This document shows positions 17,579-26,664 of a stretch of DNA of 64,000 nucleotides, piece by piece (the stretch's first letter is position 1; every line of letters begins with the position of its first letter). Origin of the DNA: Parcubacteria group bacterium Gr01-1014_13 (GTDB lineage Bacteria > Patescibacteriota > Patescibacteriia > Magasanikbacterales > GWA2-37-8); NCBI GenBank assembly GCA_007376295.1, contig VMGB01000001.1:349969-413968 (forward strand), given 5' to 3'. The notes under the pieces were generated by a model that was not told the DNA's origin, made no database searches, and was given only the letters and a program-made list of their open reading frames with translations. The position numbers were made by a program, and so were the translations under genes.

Positions 17579-18085
17579 CTATTGCACTATTATCGTTCCG
17601 CTCATTGAAGGATGGAGACCGCAAGCATAGGCGTATGTTCCCGGCTTATCAAATTTAAGCTGATAAGATCCGCCATTACTAAGGACAGCCGAAGCTGCAA
17701 ACCGACCATCGCTAGACACAACACTGTGAGGGGCACCGTCTTTATTTGTCCATTTTACTGTTGTACCTGCTTTAACTGTAATACTGGCTGGAGCAAAGGC
17801 GAAGCTAGCAATTGCAACTTCACGAGTTTCCGGTTTGCTTTCTGCTGGAGCAGGGGTTGGTTCCGGTGCTGGAGTTGAAGGTTTGGTTTCTGGAGTTTGG
17901 GTCTGAGAAGATGCTGAAACATTTGTTTGAGATTCCGGTAGAGAGGACTGCGGAGATTGTTCAGTTGGTGCTGTAGTAGTATTTTCCAGTTGAGTTTCCG
18001 TTGTAACAGTATTGTTCGCAGCACAGCCTGCGCCCATTAAAACCAAACTGCTTACCATCGAACCTAATACCAAGAATTTTTTCAT
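17579..18085 (-). CDS. cupredoxin (amicyanin/plastocyanin-like) lipoprotein
   Basis: LVLMGAGC signal, T/P/S/Q linker, WTNKDGAPHSV and YACGLHPSM type-1 copper ligands. Confidence 0.9.
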   Translation of the reverse strand: MKKFLVLGSMVSSLVLMGAGCAANNTVTTETQLENTTTAPTEQSPQSSLPESQTNVSASSQTQTPETKPSTPAPEPTPAPAESKPETREVAIASFAFAPASITVKAGTTVKWTNKDGAPHSVVSSDGRFAASAVLSNGGSYQLKFDKPGTYAYACGLHPSMSGTIIVQ

Positions 18086-18134
18086 ATACAATTGTATATT
18101 TAAGATTAATAAAATTATTATAGCACGGATTTAG

Positions 18135-18171
18135 AAAAAAGAAAAGGACATTCATTATTTTGAAATGTCCT
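18135..18171 (-). terminator. bulged hairpin terminator after orphan gene
   Basis: AGGACATTTCA-AAATAA-TGAATGTCCT-TTTCTTTTTT on the minus strand. Confidence 0.6.
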
Positions 18172-18182
18172 CACAAACCGCA

Positions 18183-18668
18183 TTAATCTTTTAGTTTTAC
18201 TTCTTCTTTCTCCGCCACATCTGGTTGCTGCTTATCTTGATTCAAGGCTGCAAATTCAGCCAGAGCTCCTGGGAATCTGCTTCCGACAAAGAAAGTCAAT
18301 CCCATTAATTTATTCCACCAATACCAAGTTTCCATCCGATTTTCATCATAACCTTTCTTCAGCTCCCAGCACTCACCTTCTTTTATCCACGCCCTTGGTT
18401 CATAGTCTTTTATCTCATAAAAACGGCCGGCATCAAAGAGTGCGGACAAACTCATTAACACAACAACTGAGAAAAGAATAATCAAAAGCACAAAACCATA
18501 CGTAGGAAAATGAAACGTTACAAGAGAGTATCCGTTGACTACAGCGATGATTGCAAAAAGCCCAGCCATAATTAACGACCTACGCATCATGCGCTTATAC
18601 CTTTGCGCTTTTTCTGCAGCAATTTCTTCATAAGAAAATTCTTTGCGAGCAGGTTGTGCGTCTAACAT
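18183..18668 (-). CDS. orphan two-TM hypothetical protein
   Basis: AAAAGGAGTTGGACA-ATG; two hydrophobic helices; starts 35 nt after the tRNA 3' end. Confidence 0.75.
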   Translation of the reverse strand: MLDAQPARKEFSYEEIAAEKAQRYKRMMRRSLIMAGLFAIIAVVNGYSLVTFHFPTYGFVLLIILFSVVVLMSLSALFDAGRFYEIKDYEPRAWIKEGECWELKKGYDENRMETWYWWNKLMGLTFFVGSRFPGALAEFAALNQDKQQPDVAEKEEVKLKD

Positions 18669-18703
18669 TGTCCAACTCCTTTTTGTATGGGAATTTTACC
18701 CAG

Positions 18704-18776
18704 TCAGGCTAGCGGGACTTGAACCCGCGGCCTCATGCACCCCATGCATGCGCGATACCAACTTCGCCATAGCCTG
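18704..18776 (-). tRNA. tRNA-Pro (GGG), CCA not encoded
   Basis: Acceptor CAGGCTA/TAGCCTG, D-arm GCGA/TCGC, anticodon arm CATGC-ATGGGGT-GCATG, T-arm GCGGG-TTCAAGT-CCCGC. Confidence 0.95.
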
Positions 18777-18798
18777 TTCGAATGAGAGAAGGAAATAA

Positions 18799-19878
18799 TT
18801 AAATTTCTACCAAGGTATTTTCACCCAGAATCATTTTTTGTTTACCAATTCCCTTTACCACATTTACTCCAGAGCCAACAATGCTGCCAAATAATTTTAT
18901 ATCGGCACTAATATTGCATTTATTTAAAATAATTGAATCCCCTATTTGGGCGTTCTTTATAGTACTACCAGCTCCGATAGTGGTATTTGGACTAATTATA
19001 CAATCTTCCAAAGTACAATTTTCTCCTATTAGCACCGAGCCAGTAATTTTTACATTTTTATTTACAGTTGTACCCACGCCAATACGCACCTTACCATTTA
19101 TCTGCGCGCCCTCCTCTACCTTTCCTTCTACCTTAAAATTTTCCGTAGGAATTTCTTCTAATAAAAGCTGGCTGGCAACTATCAAATCATCCGGCATACC
19201 TGTATCCCTCCACCAACCGGTTATCTCTTTATATCCAACTTTTAAATTGTTCTTTAGAAAATCAGAATGAATACTGGATATTTCATATTCTCCTCTTGAA
19301 CTTTTTTGAATATTATTAAAGGCTTTAAAAAAGACTCCTGGACCATATAAATAAATGCCGGTAACGGCAAAATTATTCGGCGGGTTTGAAGGTTTTTCTA
19401 ATACATCCACAAGATTATTTTTTTCATCAAAAACTGGCACACCAAAACTGCGGGCATCTGGAACCTGAGATAAGGACAACATGCAGTCGTAATTGCCATT
19501 TACAAATTCGTCTACAAAATTATTTAAACTTCCTAAAATTACATTATCAGAAAGATAGAATAAAAACGGATCATTACCGATAAATTTTTCCGCTTGTTTT
19601 ACCACATGCGCCACTCCTTGTGGACCGCCTTGCTGTTCAAAAAAAGTTATTTTAACCCCCCAATGTCCGCCATCACCAATATATTTTTGCAGTTCTGTTT
19701 CACCTGGATTGGTATTAATAAAAATTTCTTCTATACCCGCATTGACCGCTTTTTCTATAGCATGAAAAATCATTGGCTTATTGGCCAAAGGTATCAAATG
19801 TTTATTCATGGTAGAGGTTACTGGCCGCAGTCTAGTCGCTCGTCCCCCACCAGTTAATATTGCTTTTTTTATTTTCAT
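18799..19878 (-). CDS. rmlA: glucose-1-phosphate thymidylyltransferase, long form with hexapeptide repeats
   Basis: GGRATRLRP, KHLIPLANKP, EKP, SSRGEYEI, WRDTG and C-terminal LbH repeats. Confidence 0.85.
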   Translation of the reverse strand: MKIKKAILTGGGRATRLRPVTSTMNKHLIPLANKPMIFHAIEKAVNAGIEEIFINTNPGETELQKYIGDGGHWGVKITFFEQQGGPQGVAHVVKQAEKFIGNDPFLFYLSDNVILGSLNNFVDEFVNGNYDCMLSLSQVPDARSFGVPVFDEKNNLVDVLEKPSNPPNNFAVTGIYLYGPGVFFKAFNNIQKSSRGEYEISSIHSDFLKNNLKVGYKEITGWWRDTGMPDDLIVASQLLLEEIPTENFKVEGKVEEGAQINGKVRIGVGTTVNKNVKITGSVLIGENCTLEDCIISPNTTIGAGSTIKNAQIGDSIILNKCNISADIKLFGSIVGSGVNVVKGIGKQKMILGENTLVEI

Positions 19879-19882
19879 ACAA

Positions 19883-20977
19883 TTACCAAAAAATAATTCT
19901 CTTTGCTATAAACCAATACGCTACCATCAGCGGATTAGCAATATATTTTAATAACGGATTATTAATATCTTTTTCTTCAAAAATAACTTTGTCCGCTGCT
20001 AATTTTAAAATCTCTTTATCTGTAACTTTACGTATAGATTGAATATGTTTGCGTTTAGCCAACCACAACTGCCAATGTTTTAAATTTAACCAATATTTAT
20101 ATACGCTTATTCGTACCGCAAACCAACCGCTTATAACTGAAAAGAATATCAGACCAATTTCCATAACTAAAGCCATCGGCAGAAGCACCAGTAAGGTAGG
20201 CCATTTAAAATACATCAACATCACACCATATCTGTTTCTTTCCATGTAGTAAAATTTGTCTTCATTACGACTAAACTGATATTTATGATAAAAAATCGCA
20301 TCTCTGACTATACATACTTTATACCCAAGAGCTTTCATGCGCAATGAATATTCTATGTCTTCGTGATACAAGAAAAAATCTTTATCCCAAGAGCCATATT
20401 CTTTGAGCAACTTCGCGCGCATAAGTATGGAAGCGCCGCTGGCATAACCGACTTCTTCTACTGGAGCCAATTTTAAATCACTTTTCTTAACTCGAAAATT
20501 TCCACAATAACCAAAGCCTAAATAATGAAAAGAGTTGCCGGCTGTATTTACTAATTCCGTTTCCGGATAAAGCAGCAACAAAGATTGAGCCGCCCCGATT
20601 TGTTGGTCTGCCTCCAAAGCTGCCACCATTTTTTCTATACAATCTGCAGCCATAAAGCCATCGTTGTTGTGCAGATACACATAATCAAAACCGTGTTCTA
20701 AGGCCCAAGCAATACCGATATTGTTACCTCCGGCAAAACCAAGGTTTTCTTTTTGAGGCAAAAGCGTAACATGCGGAATGCTACTACCAGAAATTGGCAA
20801 TAATTTTTCTTCCAGATTTCGCATTGATGAACCAAACTTTGGATGCGGGTTATCAACTACAATAAATTCTACCCGATCTTTTGGATAAGTAATTTTTTGC
20901 AACGCAGAAGTGACATCGTCTAAATAGATGTCAGAATTGAAAGATAAATAAATTATTGCGACCTTAGGATGCTGCAT
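19883..20977 (-). CDS. GT2 glycosyltransferase
   Basis: VVDN, NLGFAGGNN, FFLYHED. Confidence 0.9.
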   Translation of the reverse strand: MQHPKVAIIYLSFNSDIYLDDVTSALQKITYPKDRVEFIVVDNPHPKFGSSMRNLEEKLLPISGSSIPHVTLLPQKENLGFAGGNNIGIAWALEHGFDYVYLHNNDGFMAADCIEKMVAALEADQQIGAAQSLLLLYPETELVNTAGNSFHYLGFGYCGNFRVKKSDLKLAPVEEVGYASGASILMRAKLLKEYGSWDKDFFLYHEDIEYSLRMKALGYKVCIVRDAIFYHKYQFSRNEDKFYYMERNRYGVMLMYFKWPTLLVLLPMALVMEIGLIFFSVISGWFAVRISVYKYWLNLKHWQLWLAKRKHIQSIRKVTDKEILKLAADKVIFEEKDINNPLLKYIANPLMVAYWFIAKRIIFW

Positions 20978-21809
20978 AATATTTATGATGACGTCGCCAT
21001 TTCCACAAGTACTTGAACCAGCTGACCAAATGAATTCTGGCCAATTTGTTTTTTATTAAAGCATTAAATATTCCCGGTACTTTGGCTGACTCGCGAGCAT
21101 GTTTATGCATTATGATAATATCATGAACATAATAAACTGGCCAGCCGTTCTCCCACATAGTCAGCGACCAATCACAGTCCTCCAGATACATAAAATAGCG
21201 TTCATCAAACCACCCAATGGAATCTACGACTTCCTGGCGAACGACCATAGCTGCCCCCAGCACCCAATCTACCGGCATAGTTTCATTGTGATCAAAATCT
21301 TTCATTAGCAATCTATCAGAGTGCTTTTTTACCCACTTGTACTTCTTATCAAAATTTATCTGTTTCAAAGGTTTGATCAAAATTGATGGCAGATCAAACC
21401 GGTAACAAGAATACTGTAAAGTCCAGTCGCTGTTGAGCAGCTTGGGACCAATGCAGCCTATCTTCGGATTATCATCCATAAACTTTATAATCCGTTCGAT
21501 GGTACGAGAATTTTCTAATACTGTAGTGTCTGGATTTAAAGCAAAATAATATCTAGCTGGTGTGGCTTTAAATCCAATAGTATTGCCTTTGCCAAAACCC
21601 ATGTTCCTGCCGCAATCTATATATTTTACCGTTGGAAACTGGGCGGCCAAATCTTCTTTAATACCGTCTTTATTTTCTGAGTTATCAGCTACAGTAATCT
21701 GAACATCATAAGGGCAGTTGGCAATATCTTTCAAAACCGAAGCAACCGCTTCTAAAATGTCGGCTCTCATGAAGTAATTTAAAAATACAATATTTATATC
21801 TTTCATCAT
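20964..21809 (-). CDS. GT2 glycosyltransferase (WbbL-like rhamnosyltransferase)
   Basis: NMGFGKGN, LNPDT, VDWVLGA, FDERYFMYLED; ATGA overlap with the upstream stop. Confidence 0.88.
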   Translation of the reverse strand: MMKDINIVFLNYFMRADILEAVASVLKDIANCPYDVQITVADNSENKDGIKEDLAAQFPTVKYIDCGRNMGFGKGNTIGFKATPARYYFALNPDTTVLENSRTIERIIKFMDDNPKIGCIGPKLLNSDWTLQYSCYRFDLPSILIKPLKQINFDKKYKWVKKHSDRLLMKDFDHNETMPVDWVLGAAMVVRQEVVDSIGWFDERYFMYLEDCDWSLTMWENGWPVYYVHDIIIMHKHARESAKVPGIFNALIKNKLARIHLVSWFKYLWKWRRHHKYYAAS

Positions 21810-22840
21810 GCCCACCATTGGCGCATCTCCTGCCAGCTTATCTTCCTTAAAGACCTAATTAGGCGGCGTTTTTGCGCTAAATCATTAGTAAATAACCCTT
21901 TCAGCCCGCCCAGTACCCTCCTATGAAAAAACAGGAAGTAGACGAACTTCTTCAATTCATACCATAAAATCCAGGGAAAATCAAGGGTAAAGTTCTGCCA
22001 GTACTCATTTTTGTATAAGGTCATCAAATGGTTTTTGTAGCTATGGTATTTTACTAATTCAGATTGCTTTTTTTTATTAGCTAAAGCAGACAGGTCGCCG
22101 GCCTCTTTGGGGCCAGCCGCAGACCGATCGTGGTAGGCTACCGCATCCAAAACAATATATGATTTGTGCCCAGCAGATGCCAAACGAAATGCGAGATCTA
22201 CATCTTCTTTGTATGAATGATATGACTGGTCAAAAATACTGCCATCTGCATACGCAACACTTTTTAAGGCCAAGGCTCGAAATGCAGGCAACGCGCCGGA
22301 AACTCCAAACACAGGCAATGCAAGGGATGAAAAATTAGTTTTTATTTCTGACCAATTTTTTTGGGCATGGCTCTCCATAACTCGCCTACTGCGATAAACT
22401 TCCAATCCTAAAGTGTCAATTTGATCGGTAAAACTTTTTTGCAAGTCATTTACGGCTTGATTAAAATTCCATCTCATCAATCTTGGGGAAACAGAAGTGG
22501 CTTCTGGGCGTTCATCCAAAAACATGACAATTTTCTCCAAACAATCTGCTTTTAAATACATGTCTTGATTGAGCAACAACATGTATTCACTTTTAGATTC
22601 TCTAAACACCTGATTATGTCCGCCGGCAAACCCCAAGTTATTTTCATTTTCAATAATTTTGTATGGAACAGGGAAAATACTCAATTCTTTTTTAATCAGC
22701 TCCAACGTATTATCACTAGAATTATTGTCGACCACAAAAAGTGTCCAATCCTTGTATGTCTGTTGGCGTAGTGAATCAAAAAGAAAGGGTATATACTTTG
22801 CCCCATTCCAGACTACAAGATGAACTGATAATTTAGCCAT
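21806..22840 (-). CDS. GT2 glycosyltransferase
   Basis: VDNNSSD, NLGFAGGHN, LLNQD, YKEDVDL. Confidence 0.9.
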   Translation of the reverse strand: MAKLSVHLVVWNGAKYIPFLFDSLRQQTYKDWTLFVVDNNSSDNTLELIKKELSIFPVPYKIIENENNLGFAGGHNQVFRESKSEYMLLLNQDMYLKADCLEKIVMFLDERPEATSVSPRLMRWNFNQAVNDLQKSFTDQIDTLGLEVYRSRRVMESHAQKNWSEIKTNFSSLALPVFGVSGALPAFRALALKSVAYADGSIFDQSYHSYKEDVDLAFRLASAGHKSYIVLDAVAYHDRSAAGPKEAGDLSALANKKKQSELVKYHSYKNHLMTLYKNEYWQNFTLDFPWILWYELKKFVYFLFFHRRVLGGLKGLFTNDLAQKRRLIRSLRKISWQEMRQWWA

Positions 22841-22844
22841 ACAA

Positions 22845-23627
22845 TTAACTCTTTCTCCATTTCCAAAAATATTGCACCATGCTTTTGATAAACTGCTTTT
22901 GTTTCCAAAAAAAGTTTATCTTTTTAAAACTCTGCCCGACATAATCTACGCAACTAATAACCGGGGTGTAAACAACTTTTAATCCCATTTTTTTAACCTC
23001 TCGGCAAAGATCAACATCTTCAAACCAGATAAAATATCTGGGATCAAAGGCCCAGCCTAATTTTTCGTAGACCTGCCGGCGCATTATCATAAATGAACCG
23101 CGCACTGAATCTACTTCTTGTTCTATATCCGGATTAAAATCTTTGAATAAATAATTATCAACAATATTTGGGAATAGATGCGGTAATTTTAAAATTATAG
23201 CTAATTGATCCCAAATTGTCGGAAAACGTCTAGGCAAAGCGCTTCTATTTAATTTTCCATGCTGATCTACCAACTTACAGCTAGCCAATCCCACATCTGG
23301 ATGACTACGCATCCAATCTACCATTTTGTCCAGACTTCCCTCTTCTACCAGCATATCTGGGTTTAAAAAAAGCAAAAACTCGCCCATAGCGAGTTTGGCT
23401 GCTTGATTATTAGGGGAACCAAATCCCCTGTTTTTTTCGTTTTTTAATAACCTAACTCCTCCCGTTTTCTCTATCAGCTCTACCGTATTATCGGTAGAAG
23501 CATTATCGACAATAATTTCTTCAAAAGAAATATTTTTGCAGCCGGCTTTGACTGATTTTATTTGCTTTTCAATCAGTTCGGCTCCATTCCAAGTAACAGT
23601 AATTACAGATAAATCCATACAGTACAA
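22845..23627 (-). CDS. GT2 glycosyltransferase (WbbL-like)
   Basis: VDNASTD, FLNPD, FDPRYFIWFEDVD. Confidence 0.9.
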   Translation of the reverse strand: MYCMDLSVITVTWNGAELIEKQIKSVKAGCKNISFEEIIVDNASTDNTVELIEKTGGVRLLKNEKNRGFGSPNNQAAKLAMGEFLLFLNPDMLVEEGSLDKMVDWMRSHPDVGLASCKLVDQHGKLNRSALPRRFPTIWDQLAIILKLPHLFPNIVDNYLFKDFNPDIEQEVDSVRGSFMIMRRQVYEKLGWAFDPRYFIWFEDVDLCREVKKMGLKVVYTPVISCVDYVGQSFKKINFFWKQKQFIKSMVQYFWKWRKS

Positions 23628-23631
23628 TTAA

Positions 23632-24696
23632 TTATTTTTTCAATTGGTCTTTAAAAAAATCAACCAAAGGAATAGCTGTAGGATCTATGCCTTGTAACAT
23701 GGCAGAATAAAAACTGACATAGCTGCCTAAAACAAGCACCTCGCAAGCCTGTAGTAACTTTTTCTTTTCCTGGCACTGATATGAAGTAAATGAAATTTTT
23801 TTGTTATCTAAAACCTGTTTGGTGATTTCGTATCTTTTTTGTAAACGTTTGTCGTACAACTGCGATTCCAATAAAACAAACTTGATATCATTTTTATTGC
23901 TTCCTGGAAAAGAAGTTCCTTCCATCAAATGGTGATTCATTTCTGGAACTATAAAATAACCGGCAAATCTTTTGGCATTCTCGTTCATTTGGTTGGCCGC
24001 TATATGCGCGTTACCAGCCAAATGTTCTGAAGACAGATACCATACGCTTTTACCAAGCAGGCTTGTAGCCAACTGTTTAGCCAAATTATTTACTTCCGGT
24101 TTATCAACACCAAAAAATAAATTAAATTTAGAAATTGTTTGTAGGGCATTTTTAACTTCTGCCGGAGATAGTTTGAGTAAGCCGACATTTGCTAGTAAAG
24201 CAATCTGACCAAAAATAGAATATCCGAGCCCCATTCTTGGCGACCCGCACGGATTGTTGTTGGTAGTAAAAATTAGCGCAGGAATTTTATTCTTTTTTGC
24301 CCAATCGGCCAATTTACCACCGGAACAAATCACCATCACTTTTGCTTTCTTCTTTTTGGCATCAGCGGCTGCGCTGACAATTTCTTCGGTTGATCCAGAA
24401 TAACTAGAAGCAATAACTAATGATTTTTCGTTTACAAATCTTGGAGCGTCATACCCATTTACAATTTCTACAGGAATTTGCAGGCTTTCTAGAAAAACTG
24501 ATTTGATAAGGTGCGCGCCTAAAGCTGAACCACCCATACCCAAAACCACCATGTTATTTACTTTTTTATATCCCGACGGAATTTTAACTTTTTTTGTCAA
24601 AGCCAAAACTTCTTCCACTTGCTTACCAAGCAACTGGATACTGCCAAGCATATTCTGTGAGTCTAAAGCCGATATTTTTGCTTTGTCGTCTAACAT
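23632..24696 (-). CDS. bifunctional phosphoglucose/phosphomannose isomerase (SIS)
   Basis: GMGGSA, SSYSGSTEE, QMNENAK, PEMNH. Confidence 0.88.
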   Translation of the reverse strand: MLDDKAKISALDSQNMLGSIQLLGKQVEEVLALTKKVKIPSGYKKVNNMVVLGMGGSALGAHLIKSVFLESLQIPVEIVNGYDAPRFVNEKSLVIASSYSGSTEEIVSAAADAKKKKAKVMVICSGGKLADWAKKNKIPALIFTTNNNPCGSPRMGLGYSIFGQIALLANVGLLKLSPAEVKNALQTISKFNLFFGVDKPEVNNLAKQLATSLLGKSVWYLSSEHLAGNAHIAANQMNENAKRFAGYFIVPEMNHHLMEGTSFPGSNKNDIKFVLLESQLYDKRLQKRYEITKQVLDNKKISFTSYQCQEKKKLLQACEVLVLGSYVSFYSAMLQGIDPTAIPLVDFFKDQLKK

Positions 24697-24810
24697 ATTT
24701 AATAATTAAAAGTTATGCTATTTTAGCAATTTTGGCATATTTTGTAAAGAAAAAAATAACATACTAAAAAGACCCGTTTCAGTAGATCTTTTTGCTCCTG
24801 GCTATTAGAT

Positions 24811-25659
24811 TTAATTACTAGCTTTTTTCAGCGCGGCGTATTTTTTCATCGTATCAACTACAGCTTCCTTTATCGGTCGCATATGAATACCCAATTTTTC
24901 CAAATTTTCCGATTGTAAAAAATTATTTGATCTTAATTTTTTAGCTAATCCGGTTGTAACCAATTCCTCCTCTGTAATCCATTCATTGGCATGATTTGGG
25001 TCAACATATTCTTTGTACAAAGCAATAAGCTCTTTATGCTTTAGAGTTCCGGGATTGGTAACATGAAATATTCCGGTTGCCTGTTTTTCCAAAAGCTGCG
25101 CAAAAACATGAATCATATCTTCCAAAACCGTTACGCTGTTTTCCACATCAATAACTTTTTTATAAGATGCCAATTTGTCAATTAAATTTCCCGGAGAAGA
25201 AATATAATCTATAGGCATGCGAATACGGCCGATACCCACGTTGGGCAAAGTGGACAAAACTAAATCAGCGGCATATTTGGCGCGGCTATAAACTGCGGAA
25301 GGGTTAGCAAAATCACTTTCTTTCCAGCCTTTTGGATCGGGTGATTCGCCATAAAATACACAACCACTACCCATATGCAGTAAATATACATTTTTTTTCT
25401 GACAGGCCTCGGCCAGCATTATCGGCAAAACTGTGTTACCAAACATTGTTTCCAATTGGTGAGTTTCGCACCAGTCGACATTTGGCTTACCAGTAATTCC
25501 GGCAGCATTAAGAACCGAATCAGGTTTGTGTTCATCTAACAAATCCTCCGCGTCTTTTACCGAAGTAATAATCTTACCGGATAAAACTGCATCCGGCCAA
25601 GCGCCGGCACAGCGAGTACCCATAAAACCATTGCCGATAATTAAAATCTTTTTCGCCAT
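24811..25659 (-). CDS. NRS/ER (UER1)-type NDP-4-keto-6-deoxyglucose 3,5-epimerase/4-reductase
   Basis: NAAGITGKPNVDWCETH, GSGCVF, YSRAK, RIRMPI, TNPG, RSNN match the plant UER1 pattern as recalled; follows rmlB. Confidence 0.8.
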   Translation of the reverse strand: MAKKILIIGNGFMGTRCAGAWPDAVLSGKIITSVKDAEDLLDEHKPDSVLNAAGITGKPNVDWCETHQLETMFGNTVLPIMLAEACQKKNVYLLHMGSGCVFYGESPDPKGWKESDFANPSAVYSRAKYAADLVLSTLPNVGIGRIRMPIDYISSPGNLIDKLASYKKVIDVENSVTVLEDMIHVFAQLLEKQATGIFHVTNPGTLKHKELIALYKEYVDPNHANEWITEEELVTTGLAKKLRSNNFLQSENLEKLGIHMRPIKEAVVDTMKKYAALKKASN

Positions 25660-25660
25660 A

Positions 25661-26662
25661 TTATTTGTATTGCTTTTTATAATACTCCAGATACTCGCCG
25701 CTTTTTAATTTTCTCCACCAAGACTCATTGGCACGATACCATTCAATGGTTTCTTCCAAACCCTCGCCAAAATCCTTTTCGGGCTCCCAACCTAAATCTT
25801 CTTTTATTTTACTCCAATTAATAGAATAACGTCTATCGTGACCAGGACGGTCTTTGACCGGCTCAATCATTTCCTCGCCCTGTCCCATTTCCGCTAAAAT
25901 TAATTTTGTTAGCTCTACATTTTCTATTTCCTGGCCAGTGCCGATGTTATAAACTTCTCCGGGTTCGGCTTTATGCAATAACAAATCAATGGCGCGGCAA
26001 TGATCGCTAGTATGAATCCATTCTCTAACATTTTTACCATCGCCGTACAATGGCACTTTTTTTCCTTCCAAAAGATTGGTTATAAATAAAGGAATAATTT
26101 TTTCCGGATATTGATTAGCGCCGTAAAAATTACAGCTATGCGAAACAACTACTGGTGTTTGATAAGTAACAAAATACGCGCGGCACAGATGATCGCCTCC
26201 GGCTTTGGCTGCAGCATATGGACTGTTGGGCGCAAACGGAGATTCTTCGGTAAAACTCCCCTTCTCAATACTTCCATAAACTTCGTCGGTAGAGACCTGG
26301 ACCATCTTTTTTAAATTAAATTTTTTGGTAACTTCAAGCAGATTAAATGTACCCAAAACATCAGTGCGTAAAAATGCGTCTGGATCCATAATTGATCTGT
26401 CCACATGAGTTTCAGCAGCATAATTTACAATTGCTTCAATACCGAACTCTTGCACAGTTTTTTCTAATATTTCGCGGTCGCAAATATCACCTTGGACAAA
26501 TTTATAGCGCGGATCATTTTCTACCTCGTGTAAGTTTTCCAAATAGCCAGCATAAGTTAATTTATCAAAATTCACCACCTGGTAATCGGGGTACTTTGCC
26601 AAAATATATTTTATGAAGTGCGAACCCATAAAACCGGCTCCGCCACAAACTAACAATTTCAT
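25661..26662 (-). CDS. rmlB: dTDP-glucose 4,6-dehydratase
   Basis: DKLTYAG, AAETHVDRSI, STDEVYG, SPYAAAK, DRPGHDRRY. Confidence 0.95.
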   Translation of the reverse strand: MKLLVCGGAGFMGSHFIKYILAKYPDYQVVNFDKLTYAGYLENLHEVENDPRYKFVQGDICDREILEKTVQEFGIEAIVNYAAETHVDRSIMDPDAFLRTDVLGTFNLLEVTKKFNLKKMVQVSTDEVYGSIEKGSFTEESPFAPNSPYAAAKAGGDHLCRAYFVTYQTPVVVSHSCNFYGANQYPEKIIPLFITNLLEGKKVPLYGDGKNVREWIHTSDHCRAIDLLLHKAEPGEVYNIGTGQEIENVELTKLILAEMGQGEEMIEPVKDRPGHDRRYSINWSKIKEDLGWEPEKDFGEGLEETIEWYRANESWWRKLKSGEYLEYYKKQYK

Positions 26663-26664
26663 AG

